From Nymphaea colorata (lineage: Eukaryota), in contig NC_045138.2 of assembly GCF_008831285.2 (NCBI RefSeq), positions 1,240,001 through 1,304,000 on the forward strand: DNA of 64,000 bases, given 5' to 3'. Below the pieces are notes generated by a model, which worked only from the letters and a program-made list of their open reading frames with translations, did not search any database and was not told the DNA's origin. Position 1 is the first letter of the stretch. The number at the start of each line of letters is the position of its first letter. This document shows, in pieces, positions 25,001-36,167 of this stretch. The translations under genes were made by a program, and so were the position numbers.

Positions 25001-27256
25001 CAAGAGATGTAAAATTTTATGAGACTGAAAATTATTTTGATGATGCCCAACAAGAGAAACGTTTTTTTCAGCCCACCGAGCAAGACAACAACACTTCTCT
25101 TCCCTTGATTGATGCCTTCAATCAGATGGTAACCGGCATTTCTCTGATCAAGAAGTTGTTGGTGAGAGTGAGCAAAATAATGAAGACAGAATTCAAACTC
25201 CAGCTATGGACGTTGCCAATCCTCTTCCCCAAATAACACATTCCTCTCATTAATGCAGACCTCCGGTCAGGTTAAGTGACTACTATGCATACCTTATCAG
25301 CTAATAATATTCATTTCATTGAAAAATGTTTGTCATTTAATGGAATATCTAAGTCATACAAATCTTATGTTCATGCGACTTACATGCTTCAAGAACCCAA
25401 AAATTTTAAGGAGGCAAGTAAAGATGGCAAATGGAAAGACGCCATGAAAGAGAAACTAAGAGCCCTTAAAAAAATCATACTTGGGATTTTGTTCTTTGCC
25501 CTGAGGGAAAGAAACTGGTCGGATGCAAATGGATTTACAAAATCAAATTCAAAAGTAATGAAGAAGTAGAGCGGTACGAAGCCCGACTTGTTGCAAAGGG
25601 ATTCACTCAGATTGAAGGGATTGACTATACTGAGACCTTTGCCCCCAGTTGCAAAAATGAATACAGTAAGGGCCCTTCTTGTTGTCACTTCCATAAAAAG
25701 ATGGAGTCTTTTTAAGCTTGACGTTAAGAACGCCTTCCTTCATGGTGAATTAAGTGAAGAGGTATTCATGGAAGTTCCACAAGGCATCACGAGTAAACCA
25801 GGTCACGTGTGCAAGCTTAAGATAGCACTATATGGTCTCAAACAATCGCCCAGCGCATGGTTTTCTCATCTTAGCCAAAACCTCAACAAGTATGGCTCCA
25901 AACAAAGCATTGCAGATTATACCATGTTCACAGCCACTCAAGGAGACAAGGTAACTTTGTTATTCATATATGTTGATGATATTATACTTATTGGGAATGA
26001 CGTCGAGTACACAGGTATGATAAAGAAGTATCTCAACAAAGAATTTGAAATCGAGGACCTCTGAACACTTTGATATTTTCTTGGAATTGAAGTTGCTCAC
26101 TCTGATAAAGGTGTTTTTATATGCCAACGAAAATACATTATTGATCTTCTCAAGGAAACTATATATTTAGGATCAAGGGCTTTAGAGACACCCCTTGAAA
26201 CTAACTGCAAGTTGAAGAAAGAAGACGGCAGCATTGTCAAAAACATAGAAAGCTTTCAAAAACTTGTTGGCAAACTTATATATCTACAGTCACTCGGCCA
26301 GATATCACATATGCAGTTAGTCTAGTCAGCCAATTTATGCACAATCCAAGGTTTAGCCATGTCGAGGCAGCACATAGAATATTGTGATACTTGAAAGGCA
26401 GTCTAGGCAAAGGCATTTTAATGAAGCGAAGTCAATCTCTTGTTGTTTCTCAGTACTGCGACGCTGATTGGGCTGGAGATCCTAATGACAGAAGATGTAC
26501 ATCAGGTTATTTTATGTTTATTGGAGAAAATCTTGTAACATGGAAGAGCAAGAAATAGTCTGTTGTTGCTCGCTCAAGTGCAAAAGCCAAATACTAAGCT
26601 ATGGTCGTTTGCACGTGTGAACTAATATGGATCAAAGCTCTCCTCAAAGATATGAATTTGGATATTAGGGAACCAATGGAACTAAAGTGTGATAATATGG
26701 CAGCTATTCACATTGGGGCAAATCCGGCATTCCACGAGCGAACCAAGCACATTGAAGTCGACTGTGACTTTGTTCGTGAAAGATTCAGGATCACACATAC
26801 AAACCTCACATGTTAGGAGTGAGATTCAGTTGGCTGACATCTTCACCAAGAGCCTTGGAAAAGAAAATCATAAATCTGTGATTAACAAGTTGGGGCAGAT
26901 AGACATCAGCCTACCAACTTGAGGGGGAGATTGTTAGCAAAATTATAGGGATTGCCTTCATTGTCTCATTTCTCTGCTGGGAAGGATTATCTACAGCTGC
27001 CTATTCAAGAATTTCTCATAGTTTCCTTATCTCATTGTTCCCTTATCCATCATATTCTGTGACCTTGTTTATCACGAGAATCCTTCGTGATTCTCTGACT
27101 AAATCGGTCTGGCTGTATTCTATATATTAAGAGTTCATCTTCTCTCAAATTGTCAAAGAATGAATAAAGTGAGAGCTCCCTTTCCCATGGATGTTGGCTT
27201 CAACATGCCGAACGTACATGCTTGATTATTCCTTTTCCCTATTACATGTTTTAACA
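22050..27256 (+). mobile_element. Ty1/copia retrotransposon, near full length but degenerate (damaged 5' LTR, protease region missing)
   Basis: 5' LTR remnant ending TTTTAACA, then PBS TGGCATCAGAGC at ~22195. gag LNGANYLNWAK, zinc knuckle CTHCKKVGHTHEWC, integrase FDLIHSDV, RT LDVKNAFLHG/YVDD, RNaseH ADIFTK, PPT TTGAGGGGGAGA, 3' LTR 26932-27256. Confidence 0.96.
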
Positions 27257-27728
27257 ATCCAAGACGCAGATCTTGAGTTCTTTCTGCCGTAAGTGTAACC
27301 CATGTCGATAGGTGCAGCAAATGTGGTTACAACTATGTATTGTTGTATCTTAGAACTTTGAAATTTATGTTTTCAAATTTAATTTTTAAAATTTTGTCTT
27401 TTCCCTTCTTTTTTATTTTCCTTCCACCAAGTTTCCATATTTTCTTATTATTTTTCTTTAATTTTTTATTATTTGTGTGGATAATTATATATATATAATG
27501 CATATATTCATATACACACTCCCATCGTTTTAAATTTTCTAAACTCACCATACCCATGTACCTGCTACTTTACCCATATATCTAAATTTTCTAAAATGGC
27601 CATACTCGTAGTCTTGTATACATTGGATAGCTAGATAATTTTGGACCATAAGATTTACTGTAGAGGACCTTTATCCGCATCGTATTAAAGCTCTACAACT
27701 TGATATTTTCATATGTCAAGGGTACATG

Positions 27729-29420
27729 TGTAATTGCACCTTAAAAGTGCACTCCACCAGTCGTTCAGGATTACTCCCCCCAGTAGCTATTTAAGGAACC
27801 CGCTTTTTGCCACCTGATCTTTGTTGGCCGCTCGGCTCTGCCAAGATTGCCGAGAGCTTGCCGTATCCGCCCCACTAATGCCCATTGGAGGGCAACCGAG
27901 GAGGGGAAAAGGAGGAATTTTTTGCCACAGGCTCCTATTTGACCACATGCAAGGGAGGCTAATGTGCCTCTTGCTCCTTCCCAAGGCATTCCCGCATGCA
28001 AGGGAGGCTAAGGGAAGGGATGAGGCGCTTAGGACTGGGAGCATTAGCAGATGGAGGATAACTTGCCGCGCTCACAGCAAATCGCAAAGGGAGGCTAATT
28101 GAGAGATGTCGAGGCGGCCGTGGCTGAAGCGACTGCCGAAAAGCACAGTATTTTGCTAGGGAGATTAACTCCAGCCCGAAGACGCCAAGGAAGCCTGGCC
28201 CAAGCCAAAACTCGACAAGGTTTGACCAAATGCAGTGAGGTTCAAGCAGCTTGTGGTGAGAGACGACTCCTTGCAAGGCGGGACATGCCGAACAGGGAGG
28301 AACACAGCCTAGGTGACGCGGAAGGAACTCGTCCAGCTTTGTTTTGGGAGCGACACGCTTTTTCAGGTGAAGCGGGACATGCCGAGCAACAGCGGATGCT
28401 ATGGCGAGACAAGCTCGGGACACGACCAGCAGATTACCGAGAGGGACACGTTCAACGGCGGAACGGGACACGATGAGCGTGCGTTAGACACGGCAGCGTA
28501 GGGCAGGGCAACACGAGGTGGCCTGACGTGGATGCGGAATTGTGCACACTGGATGGACCCGCGAGTTTTGTAAACCCAGACCCTGGGTGAGAAAGTTCGG
28601 GTTGGGTATTGGATAATTTTTTGGGGATCCAGGGTGGGTCCTGGATCCGTTTTTTGTGTATTGGGCGATTAAACGGGTCTACAAAAGATCCAAGGTGAGT
28701 TTTCCTCGTCCAACCCGGTTCAAGAGGCCAGACTTGGCTGTCGAGTCAGCGGGCGGACAACTCACGTGTGTGAGGCCGCCCGTGTCCCTCTTCCTCTCCC
28801 GCTCCTTAAAAAACCAGCAACACGAAGGAGCTTGGGCCTTTGAACAGTTGAAGAAAAATCAATGATCTGAAGATTCAGACAGGTTTTCCGACGCCCAAAC
28901 CGCCGGTGAAGCTGTTCATTCGCCATTGCAGTGTGTGATCAATCTCTTCTCCCTCCCGAACTCCAAAAATCTGACGCTTCTTTCGTTGGGGACGTGGTTC
29001 TTCATCAACGACTGATGGTGGATGACAACAGCAGATTTCTCCGGCGACGTGGGCCTTCCCCAGTGAACCCTGCAGCCCCGACCCCTAGGACCCTTTGGCA
29101 ACCCCCACCGATCACGGCAAAGTGGCCAATGGAGCTAGTCTCACGAACGGCGTGAGGCCTTCCCGTTTCGACACAAACGGGAAACTCTTCTGCTCGGTGA
29201 AGTGTTTCAGCACCCATCTTCTCCTGTATTCCCCTGTGTTTTGCGATGCCTGTTCTCTCTGTTGCCTTAATTTGTCGCAAGGGAGATCCTGCGGACTGAG
29301 AGAACCGCTGTGTAGCAGCGTAGCAGGAGAGGGCCTTGGGAGGCTGCAAAGACGTCTCGGCTGCTGTTGTTCTTCTACCGAGATCTCCCACTCTCGGTGC
29401 AGGGGCTTAGGGGGCAGTTC
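27729..29420. mobile_element. GC-rich repeat, probably retrotransposon-derived non-coding region
   Basis: Abrupt GC-rich island with internal short repeats (GCAAGGGAGGCTAA three times) and no recognisable ORF. Confidence 0.3.
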
Positions 29421-29999
29421 GATGGATAATTATGTTGAGTGTAGGGACAGTGCACCTTGAAAGGGTTCAAAAAAAGTAAAAGCTTTTATTTATTTTTTTC
29501 TTAATTTTCATATTTTTCTTGGTCTGTCCTAATTCCCTTTAACTTCATGCCTGCATACATTTGATGAAACTTTTGGAGACAGGTTTGTCTAAGTAAATAT
29601 GTAATTCAAATATTCCTTATGTTCAAACTTCCACCGACTCTTCTGAGCCACGTTGGGGCAAATGAATGTGATTTTGTAATGGTGCATAAAATAGCACTTC
29701 AAACAAAAGGAGGCTGCATGAAAAAGTCAAAACATTGATTTTAGGACTAAGTGTGTTCTATCAACAAGCTTAACATTACATTGGATCCCAGAAACACAAT
29801 TGATCAAGTGGATGACATTGGTAGATGACGAATAACGGCATCTGTAAAAATGAAATGTTGACATGCCAATAAAAGTCGATGCACTTGACTCAAAACAATT
29901 TAGGCATGGATGTGACCAGATTTTAAGCAAATAAACACATATGCATTATCTTTATTCACAAAAATATGACTTTCTGAATGAAATTACCCAAATATATCA

Positions 30000-30620
30000 G
30001 AATTATAAAATATGATATAGAAGTGTCCAAGCTGTGTCCTGTACCTGCACCCATGTCTAGTAGTGTTGGAATGAGTTGAGTGCCCCTCCAAGTGTATTCT
30101 GTGACCATAAAAGATAACATTCACTTTCTCCTTCATCTCTTAAGAGCCATTGTGACAGGTGGCATTGTTGAAACCATATATTTAGTCACAAAAAGAAAAA
30201 CTGGCTCTTCAAAGCAACCTTTACATGCATAAATCTCAATTGAACCGGCTTGTGTTTGGTTTTAGCATATATATACATATATTAAAGCTGTAAATAAACC
30301 ATAAATGCATGCAATGGGTATCAACAAACAAGACGACGGTTAAAAAAAATCAATAACCAAATGAATCAAGCAAGAAAAAGATACGAAGGAACACAAACTG
30401 GCTATCAACAAACAAGATCCAAATAAGTTTAAGCCAAAGTTACGAAACACATAAAAAAGTTGCCGGAGCAACGATGAATGGCAAGAGCAAGCAACTAGGT
30501 CTGGAAAAGAGATTAGAGATGACGTTTCAACACAAAACTTGAAAGGGTGAGAAGAAGAAGATCAACATACATTGACATTGAGAAGCCGGCACAGGGAGGG
30601 AAAGCGCAAGAACATCCACC
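30000..30620. repeat. Segment duplicated at 62223-63042
   Basis: 30000-30345 matches 62223-62950 (with a MITE in the latter) and 30541-30620 matches 62971-63042. Confidence 0.9.
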
Positions 30621-31462
30621 TCCTTTGCACCCGTCTTTTATTCAACCCAGACTCTCAGCGATCGAACTGCCCTTTATATGCTATACAAAGTATGAACTGA
30701 ACAGGATACTTCATAGGCACCGAATTCAAAATGGTAGACTAAGCACAGTACAGCAGCAGATAAAATGGTAAAAAAGTAGTTTAGACCTTAGAGTAATTTC
30801 TATAGCACGTTTGGCATTAAAAGGACCATAATTACTGAAAAAGTAAGCTAAAAGTTGCTTTATCTTTCAAGTTGCTAATGAAGTTGTTTGCTTGCTCCTG
30901 AAGCATAGTAACTGAATAAGATATGATGAAATTTGTTACAAGACTTTCCAGACTTCCATATATAATTTACTGCAATAAAACGTGCTATAGAAATTACTCT
31001 AAATTCTAAACTACATTTTTACCATTTCATCTGCTGCTGTACTGTGCTTAGTCTACCATTTTGAATTTGGTGCCTATGATCCCGTTCAGTTCATACTTGT
31101 ATAGTATATAAGGGGGTAGTTCGATCACCGAGAGTCTGGGTTGAATAAAAGACGGGCGCAATGGAGGTGGAGGTTCTTGTGCTTTCCCTCCCGGCGCCGG
31201 CTTCTCAAATGTATGATGATCTTCTTCTTCTTCTCACACTTTCGTGTTTTGTGTTGGAACGTCATCTCTTTGCTGATTAATCTCTTTTTTAGGCCTAGTT
31301 GCTTGCTCTGGCCATTCATCGTAGCTCTGGTGACTTTATTGTGTGTTTCGTAACTTTGGCTTAAACTTATTTGGATCTTGTTTGTTGATAGCCAGTTTGC
31401 GTTTTCCTTCATATCTTTTTCTCGCTTGATTCATTTCAATATTGATTATTTTTTTAACCGTC
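30332..31462. repeat. Long inverted repeat 2 (arms 30332-30812 / 30978-31462): head-to-head duplicated promoter, first exon and intron start
   Basis: Reverse-complement arms, e.g. CTATAGCACGTTT / AAACGTGCTATAG. The right arm has TATATAAGGG (~31105), a leader, donor-like GTATGA (~31211) and T-rich sequence. Confidence 0.95.
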
Positions 31463-31531
31463 GTTTTGTGTTCTGATTTTGTGTAGTTCTGGGTTGGCAC
31501 AGTTGAATGTATGCTTCATAATCTTTTATCT

Positions 31532-31722
31532 AGCACCTGCGCACCCCATTTGAATCAAACCCTTTAGAGAATCTATGCAGAGTGCTTGAAAGTTGAATCT
31601 GTTGGAGATGATGTTGGAGATGACAGAAAATTTACGTGAACCATGTTGGCAAGATCATGAACCAACAACATGGCCGGCAACGAAAAAACAACGCATGGTA
31701 CGATCTCTGCAACGACTTCTCC
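31532..31722 (-). pseudogene. F-box gene internal exon-1 fragment
   Basis: Matches 48622-48800 and 57925-58103. Has a 12-bp internal duplication TGTTGGAGATGA. Confidence 0.8.
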
Positions 31723-31817
31723 TCAAAAAAACAACACATGCTAGGAAAGAAAGTTATCTGATGATCACTAAAGTCACCCTCTTATAGCGCCAGGAAAGAA
31801 AGAGAGGCGCTAATAGT

Positions 31818-31905
31818 TACAATATCTCGATCAAATTAAGTGGGTTTGGACCATCAGATATCTTATCCATTACATGACAGTGGACCTGCCTATTTATGCA
31901 CACCA
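31818..31905 (+). promoter_or_regulatory. F-box upstream-region fragment, inverted relative to the adjacent CDS fragment
   Basis: Reverse complement of ~5466-5553 (GTGGACCTGCCTATTTATGCACACC). Confidence 0.7.
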
Positions 31906-31941
31906 TAAATATTTATTTGTGTATTTTTGCTTGCCATTCAG

Positions 31942-32514
31942 GTGGGTAAGGCTGCCGGTGATAAGTGGAAAGTGATGTCTGAAGCTGTAAGTATTGGCTG
32001 AGCGGCTTGCGCTATCATTTTCTCAGAAATGAAAGCTGGAATGGCCAGTTGATTATTTTTGTTCGATTTAATTTTCAATTGACAAGAGAAGGCACCTTAT
32101 GTGTCCAAGGTGGCTAAGAGGAACACCAATAGGAGAAGACCTTGGCAGCGTACAACAAGAAACAGGTAATTTTAGTACGTACACGTATTAATTTAATATT
32201 CTTACTGATTTTGGTATTGTCCTGACAATTTCAGAATAAACAATTCAGCAGTCCAGCGGTTCCGACGATCACGAAGAGGAAGAATCTGACAAGTTGAAGT
32301 CCGACGTCAATGATGAGGATCAGGAGAGCGAGGAGGTAACTGAGTTCGATTTTGTTTTTTTCAATTTCCATTTTTTTGCCCTAACTGATTGTTTAGCTTT
32401 TTATTTCTCATGGTTTCTGCCGAAATTATGTCTTTTAATTCGATTTACTTCAGTTTATGTGTCCTATCTGGTTATAATACATGTTGCTTGTTTCCAGAGG
32501 AAGACGATGACTGA
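31942..32514 (+). pseudogene. HMGB: HMGB (HMG1/2-like, HMG-box plus acidic tail) gene, last four exons only
   Basis: Exons ~31942-31986 VGKAAGDKWKVMSEA, ~32085-32165 EKAPYVSKVAKR..EKTLAAYNKKQ (frameshifted), ~32235-32335 ..EEEESDKLKSDVNDEDQESEE and ~32498-32514 EDDD-stop. Introns retained with GT donors, 5' exons absent. Confidence 0.9.
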
Positions 32515-34219
32515 GAGCCGAAGAGAAGAATAGAAACATCACGCAAAATTGGCAATGATAAGTGATGCTGTGGTTTGACTTGTGGGAATTGATCCAATCG
32601 GAACGAAATTCTCCAAACTGTTAACTTTTTCCTTTGCTCTCCTTTCTTTGGCATGTTGCCGCTGCTGTTGGTTTCTGATTTTAGGCGATGAATACGATCC
32701 TTTGCCTGTCGTCCTCTTCTGTCATCTCTATACTGATTGCCTGACATCCTTCTAGTTCTTTATTCTCTAATTAGCAAATTTTAATTCAAGTTGACAATTT
32801 AGCTTCAATTGCTGGTATATCTATTGGTGTGCGAGAAAGCTTCTTGGTTCTTTTTTTCTTGGGCTGTCTCTTTCCCTTAGTTTTTGGATTATTTGGTTAG
32901 AGAAAACGGCGCAATTGTTTTGGAATGTGGTTGGTTTCCTCGTCTTTCGTTCGATCATGAACCTCATTCTGACATTTGATTTTTCTGCAAGTCAGGTTGT
33001 TGTCGTTCTCCCTTTATATTTTCTTTCCGTTTCATTGGTTTTAGAAGTTACAATACAACTTCTCCTTGAAAAACATCAAGAGATATATTGACAAATTCTA
33101 AAGAATATAAACCAAACCATGATGATGTTAAAGATAAAGTATAAAGGACAAGGGAAAAAAAAGTGAAGCACCAGGAACAGCATCACACTTTTCAACAATT
33201 ATATTTTGAACCAGCATTTTCTGAGTTCATCATCATCTTGCACTTCTTCTTCTTTTACATTCAGATATCATAGATAGTCATATAAATAATCAGTAACACC
33301 AACTGGATGTAACCGCATTCCAAAACAATTGTGCCCTTTTCTCAAACAATGACTACTTCCATTAATCACTATGTCCGTCCTCCTGTTGGTGTTACTGTTT
33401 ATTTAGATGACTATCTATGATATCTGAATATAAAAGAAGAAGAAGCGCAAGATGATGATGAACTCAGAAAATGGAGGTTCAAAATATAATTGTTGAAAAG
33501 TGTGATGCTGTTCCTAGTGCTTCATTTTTTTTTCCTTGTCCTTTATACATTATCTTTAACATCATCATGGTTTGCTTTATATTCTTTAGAAATTGTTAAA
33601 TATATCTCTTGATGTTCTTCTAGAAGAAGTCGTATTGTAACTTCTAAAACCAATGAAACGGAAAAAAAAAAAATATAAAGGGAGAATGACAACGATTGAC
33701 AATGTGAAATTTGAAGCATCCGACTTGCTGAAAAATCAAATGTCAGAACGAGGTTCAAGATTGAACACTTTTTCATGGAAACCAACCGCATTCCAAAACA
33801 ATTATGCCCTTTTCTCAAACCGAATAATCCAAAAACTAAGAGGAATAGGCAGCGAAAGAAAAAGAGAATGAAGAAGCTTTCTTGCACACCAACGGATATA
33901 CCAGCAATTGAAGCTAAATTTTCAACTTGAATTAAAATTTGCTAATTACAGAATAGGGAACTAGAAGGATGTCAGGTGATCAGTATAGAGATAACAGAAG
34001 AGGACGGCAGGCAAAGGATCATATTCATCGCCTAAAATCAGAAACCAAAAGCAGTGGCAATGCGCCGAAGAAAAGAGAGCCAAGGAAAAACTAAACAGTT
34101 TGGAGAATTTCGTTCCGATTGGATCAATTCCCACAAGTCAAACCACAGCATCACTTATCATCATCAATTTTGTGTGATGTTTCCATTCTTCTCTTCAGCA
34201 CTCAGTCATCATCTTCCTC
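32497..34219. repeat. Long inverted repeat 3 (arms 32497-33306 / 33382-34219): tail-to-tail HMGB last exon, 3'UTR and flank
   Basis: ~810-840 bp reverse-complement arms, ~75 bp loop. Confidence 0.97.
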
Positions 34220-34334
34220 CTGAATGTATAAGATCCGAGGATTTGAGGTCCCACCTTCATTCAATTGGGTCAGAGGACCTTTGAAATTTTATTTTACGAC
34301 ATATCAGTTGACATTCGGAGTGTGAATGAGTTGA

Positions 34335-35114
34335 AGGGCGAAGGGGATAATTTCGGAAATGGCATATATAGTTTTGTTTAGACCACACGTAGCCCACACC
34401 TGCTTTGAGGACAATTGTATGTAAAGACTGCACATCTATCTCCATCTTCATCAGTGGATAACTAAAGAAAAAAGAAACAATATGGTAGTACACAAGATTG
34501 GACCTTTTGGGCTGATTTAATTTTACTACATTGGTTTGCCAAAGCATCACCATCCTGTAAATTTAAGCCTGCCCACATGGACGGGAAGACATAGGTTGAA
34601 GGAATGGAACTTGCAAAGAAGAAAAGGTGCACTACGAATGCAACTGCATTCTTAAGACAATAAATGCAAACACAAAACCAATGTAGATAAAAAAAGAACA
34701 GACTAAAGGATGGGAGACTGCATTCTTGAGACAATAAGTGCAGAATTGAAAGTGTAAGGTTGTGTTTGATTCACCGTAGATCTGAGATCCATGGTGATCT
34801 GAAAACTCTAGTATCTCAAATCCATGGATTTAACATCGGACATCTCCCCCCAAATCTGATCTTAAATTCATGGTTTTTAACATGTAGCATGAATTTGAAA
34901 CTCATGCTATTAAGATCCTCATTTTGTTTAAACTGAAGATCTCTCAAAACATTTCTTTTAATGCAACCTCGGATCAAACACAACCTAAAGGAAAAAACAA
35001 GATGAAAGATAGAGTTGATAATGAATAAGTTTTGAAGATGAGAGGCATGAAAGGATCACAGAATAAGCATTCGTATAAAAGAAGAAGAAGAGAAAGTCCA
35101 GAAAATGGTATGAC

Positions 35115-35168
<54 letters not shown>

Positions 35169-35478
35169 GTTCCCTGGATTGGTCAAAGCTATTACTGGAG
35201 CCTTTATATATCCTTGCGATCTTTTTCACTACACCTAGGTGTGAAGATGTCTTTCTTTTTTTAGATGTAGTTTTCATTAAAATTATATTACGCTAGAGAA
35301 AATATTGCCTTTATTGTTGTACTATTTCTGGGAAAATCTGAGATTTTGGAAGACAATTGTAACCATAAAAGATGCCATTTGGTGGTATTTTAGGATATTA
35401 TAGATGTGACAGTTCACTTTGAATAATAATGTACATAGAAACACATGATCAGATGTTACTTTTAAGATATGTGATAAT
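34335..35478 (-). promoter_or_regulatory. Third copy of the 8240-9372 promoter cassette
   Basis: Direct homology. Consensus TATATAAA on the minus strand at 35203-35210, then (AG)n. Confidence 0.6.
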
Positions 35479-35537
35479 TTACAAGGAGTGAGGAATTCAT
35501 GCACTAGGCATCACCATGCATGTAAAATTGTAAATAA

Positions 35538-35805
35538 CAGATGGATACTGGTGAACAAGAGCAAGGCATCCTCTTATATATCAGAGAATTGAACGAGTCC
35601 ACATGATCGTCCTCATGCCTCTTAGTTAATCCTCTAGCTGGCCAGCGTTAGGACGTGGCCTTGAGTCATGGGCGAGGCTTCCACCAATCCATGATGATGT
35701 TAAAAGGGTCCATTCATCCTTTATAATAGTTGTTAGAAAGATCTCTTGTCAATGCTTAGAATAGACGTCAGAAGATTGCCTCTATTTTTTTTTTTAAAAA
35801 AAAGC
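35538..35805 (-). promoter_or_regulatory. Displaced copy of the NLR upstream/TATA region
   Basis: Matches 1624-1922 (CAGATGGATACTGGTGAACAAGAGCAAGGCATCC...). Confidence 0.8.
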
Positions 35806-36135
35806 TTTTCAAAAAGTAAAAGGAAATTACTTTTGGCAAGGATGAACATAAAAAAATATGCTTCAATTAAAAAAAAAATCGTTAGCTTTTTAGCTACTCA
35901 TTAGTTCCCGTGTAGGGATCAGTCACACTCCATTAAGCCTTCAAATTGACGACTAACTTAAGGTATGTTTCTCAACAAATTAATCGTAAAATCATATTAG
36001 AACCATAAGGTTAGATTGCAAACTAATAATAATAATAAAAGTAGTTGATTTTAAGGGGTCTTTTTTTTTTCTTTATCTAACTGCTCTAGTTTTTACCAAT
36101 CTCTCTCGAGAGAGAGAGAGAGAGAGAGAGATTGG

Positions 36136-36167
<32 letters not shown>

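Larger units (their letters stand above)
15522..27613 (+). repeat. Segmental duplication, copy 2
   Basis: Homologous to 3093-11814. Lacks ~4975-6369, has an internal tandem duplication, an extra insert (~20951-21335) and a near-full copia element. Confidence 0.95.

Noticed and set aside
27771..29460. Many overlapping ORFs on both strands (also 56575-57401)
   Set aside because: Expected from high GC in TE-like non-coding sequence, and no domain was recognised
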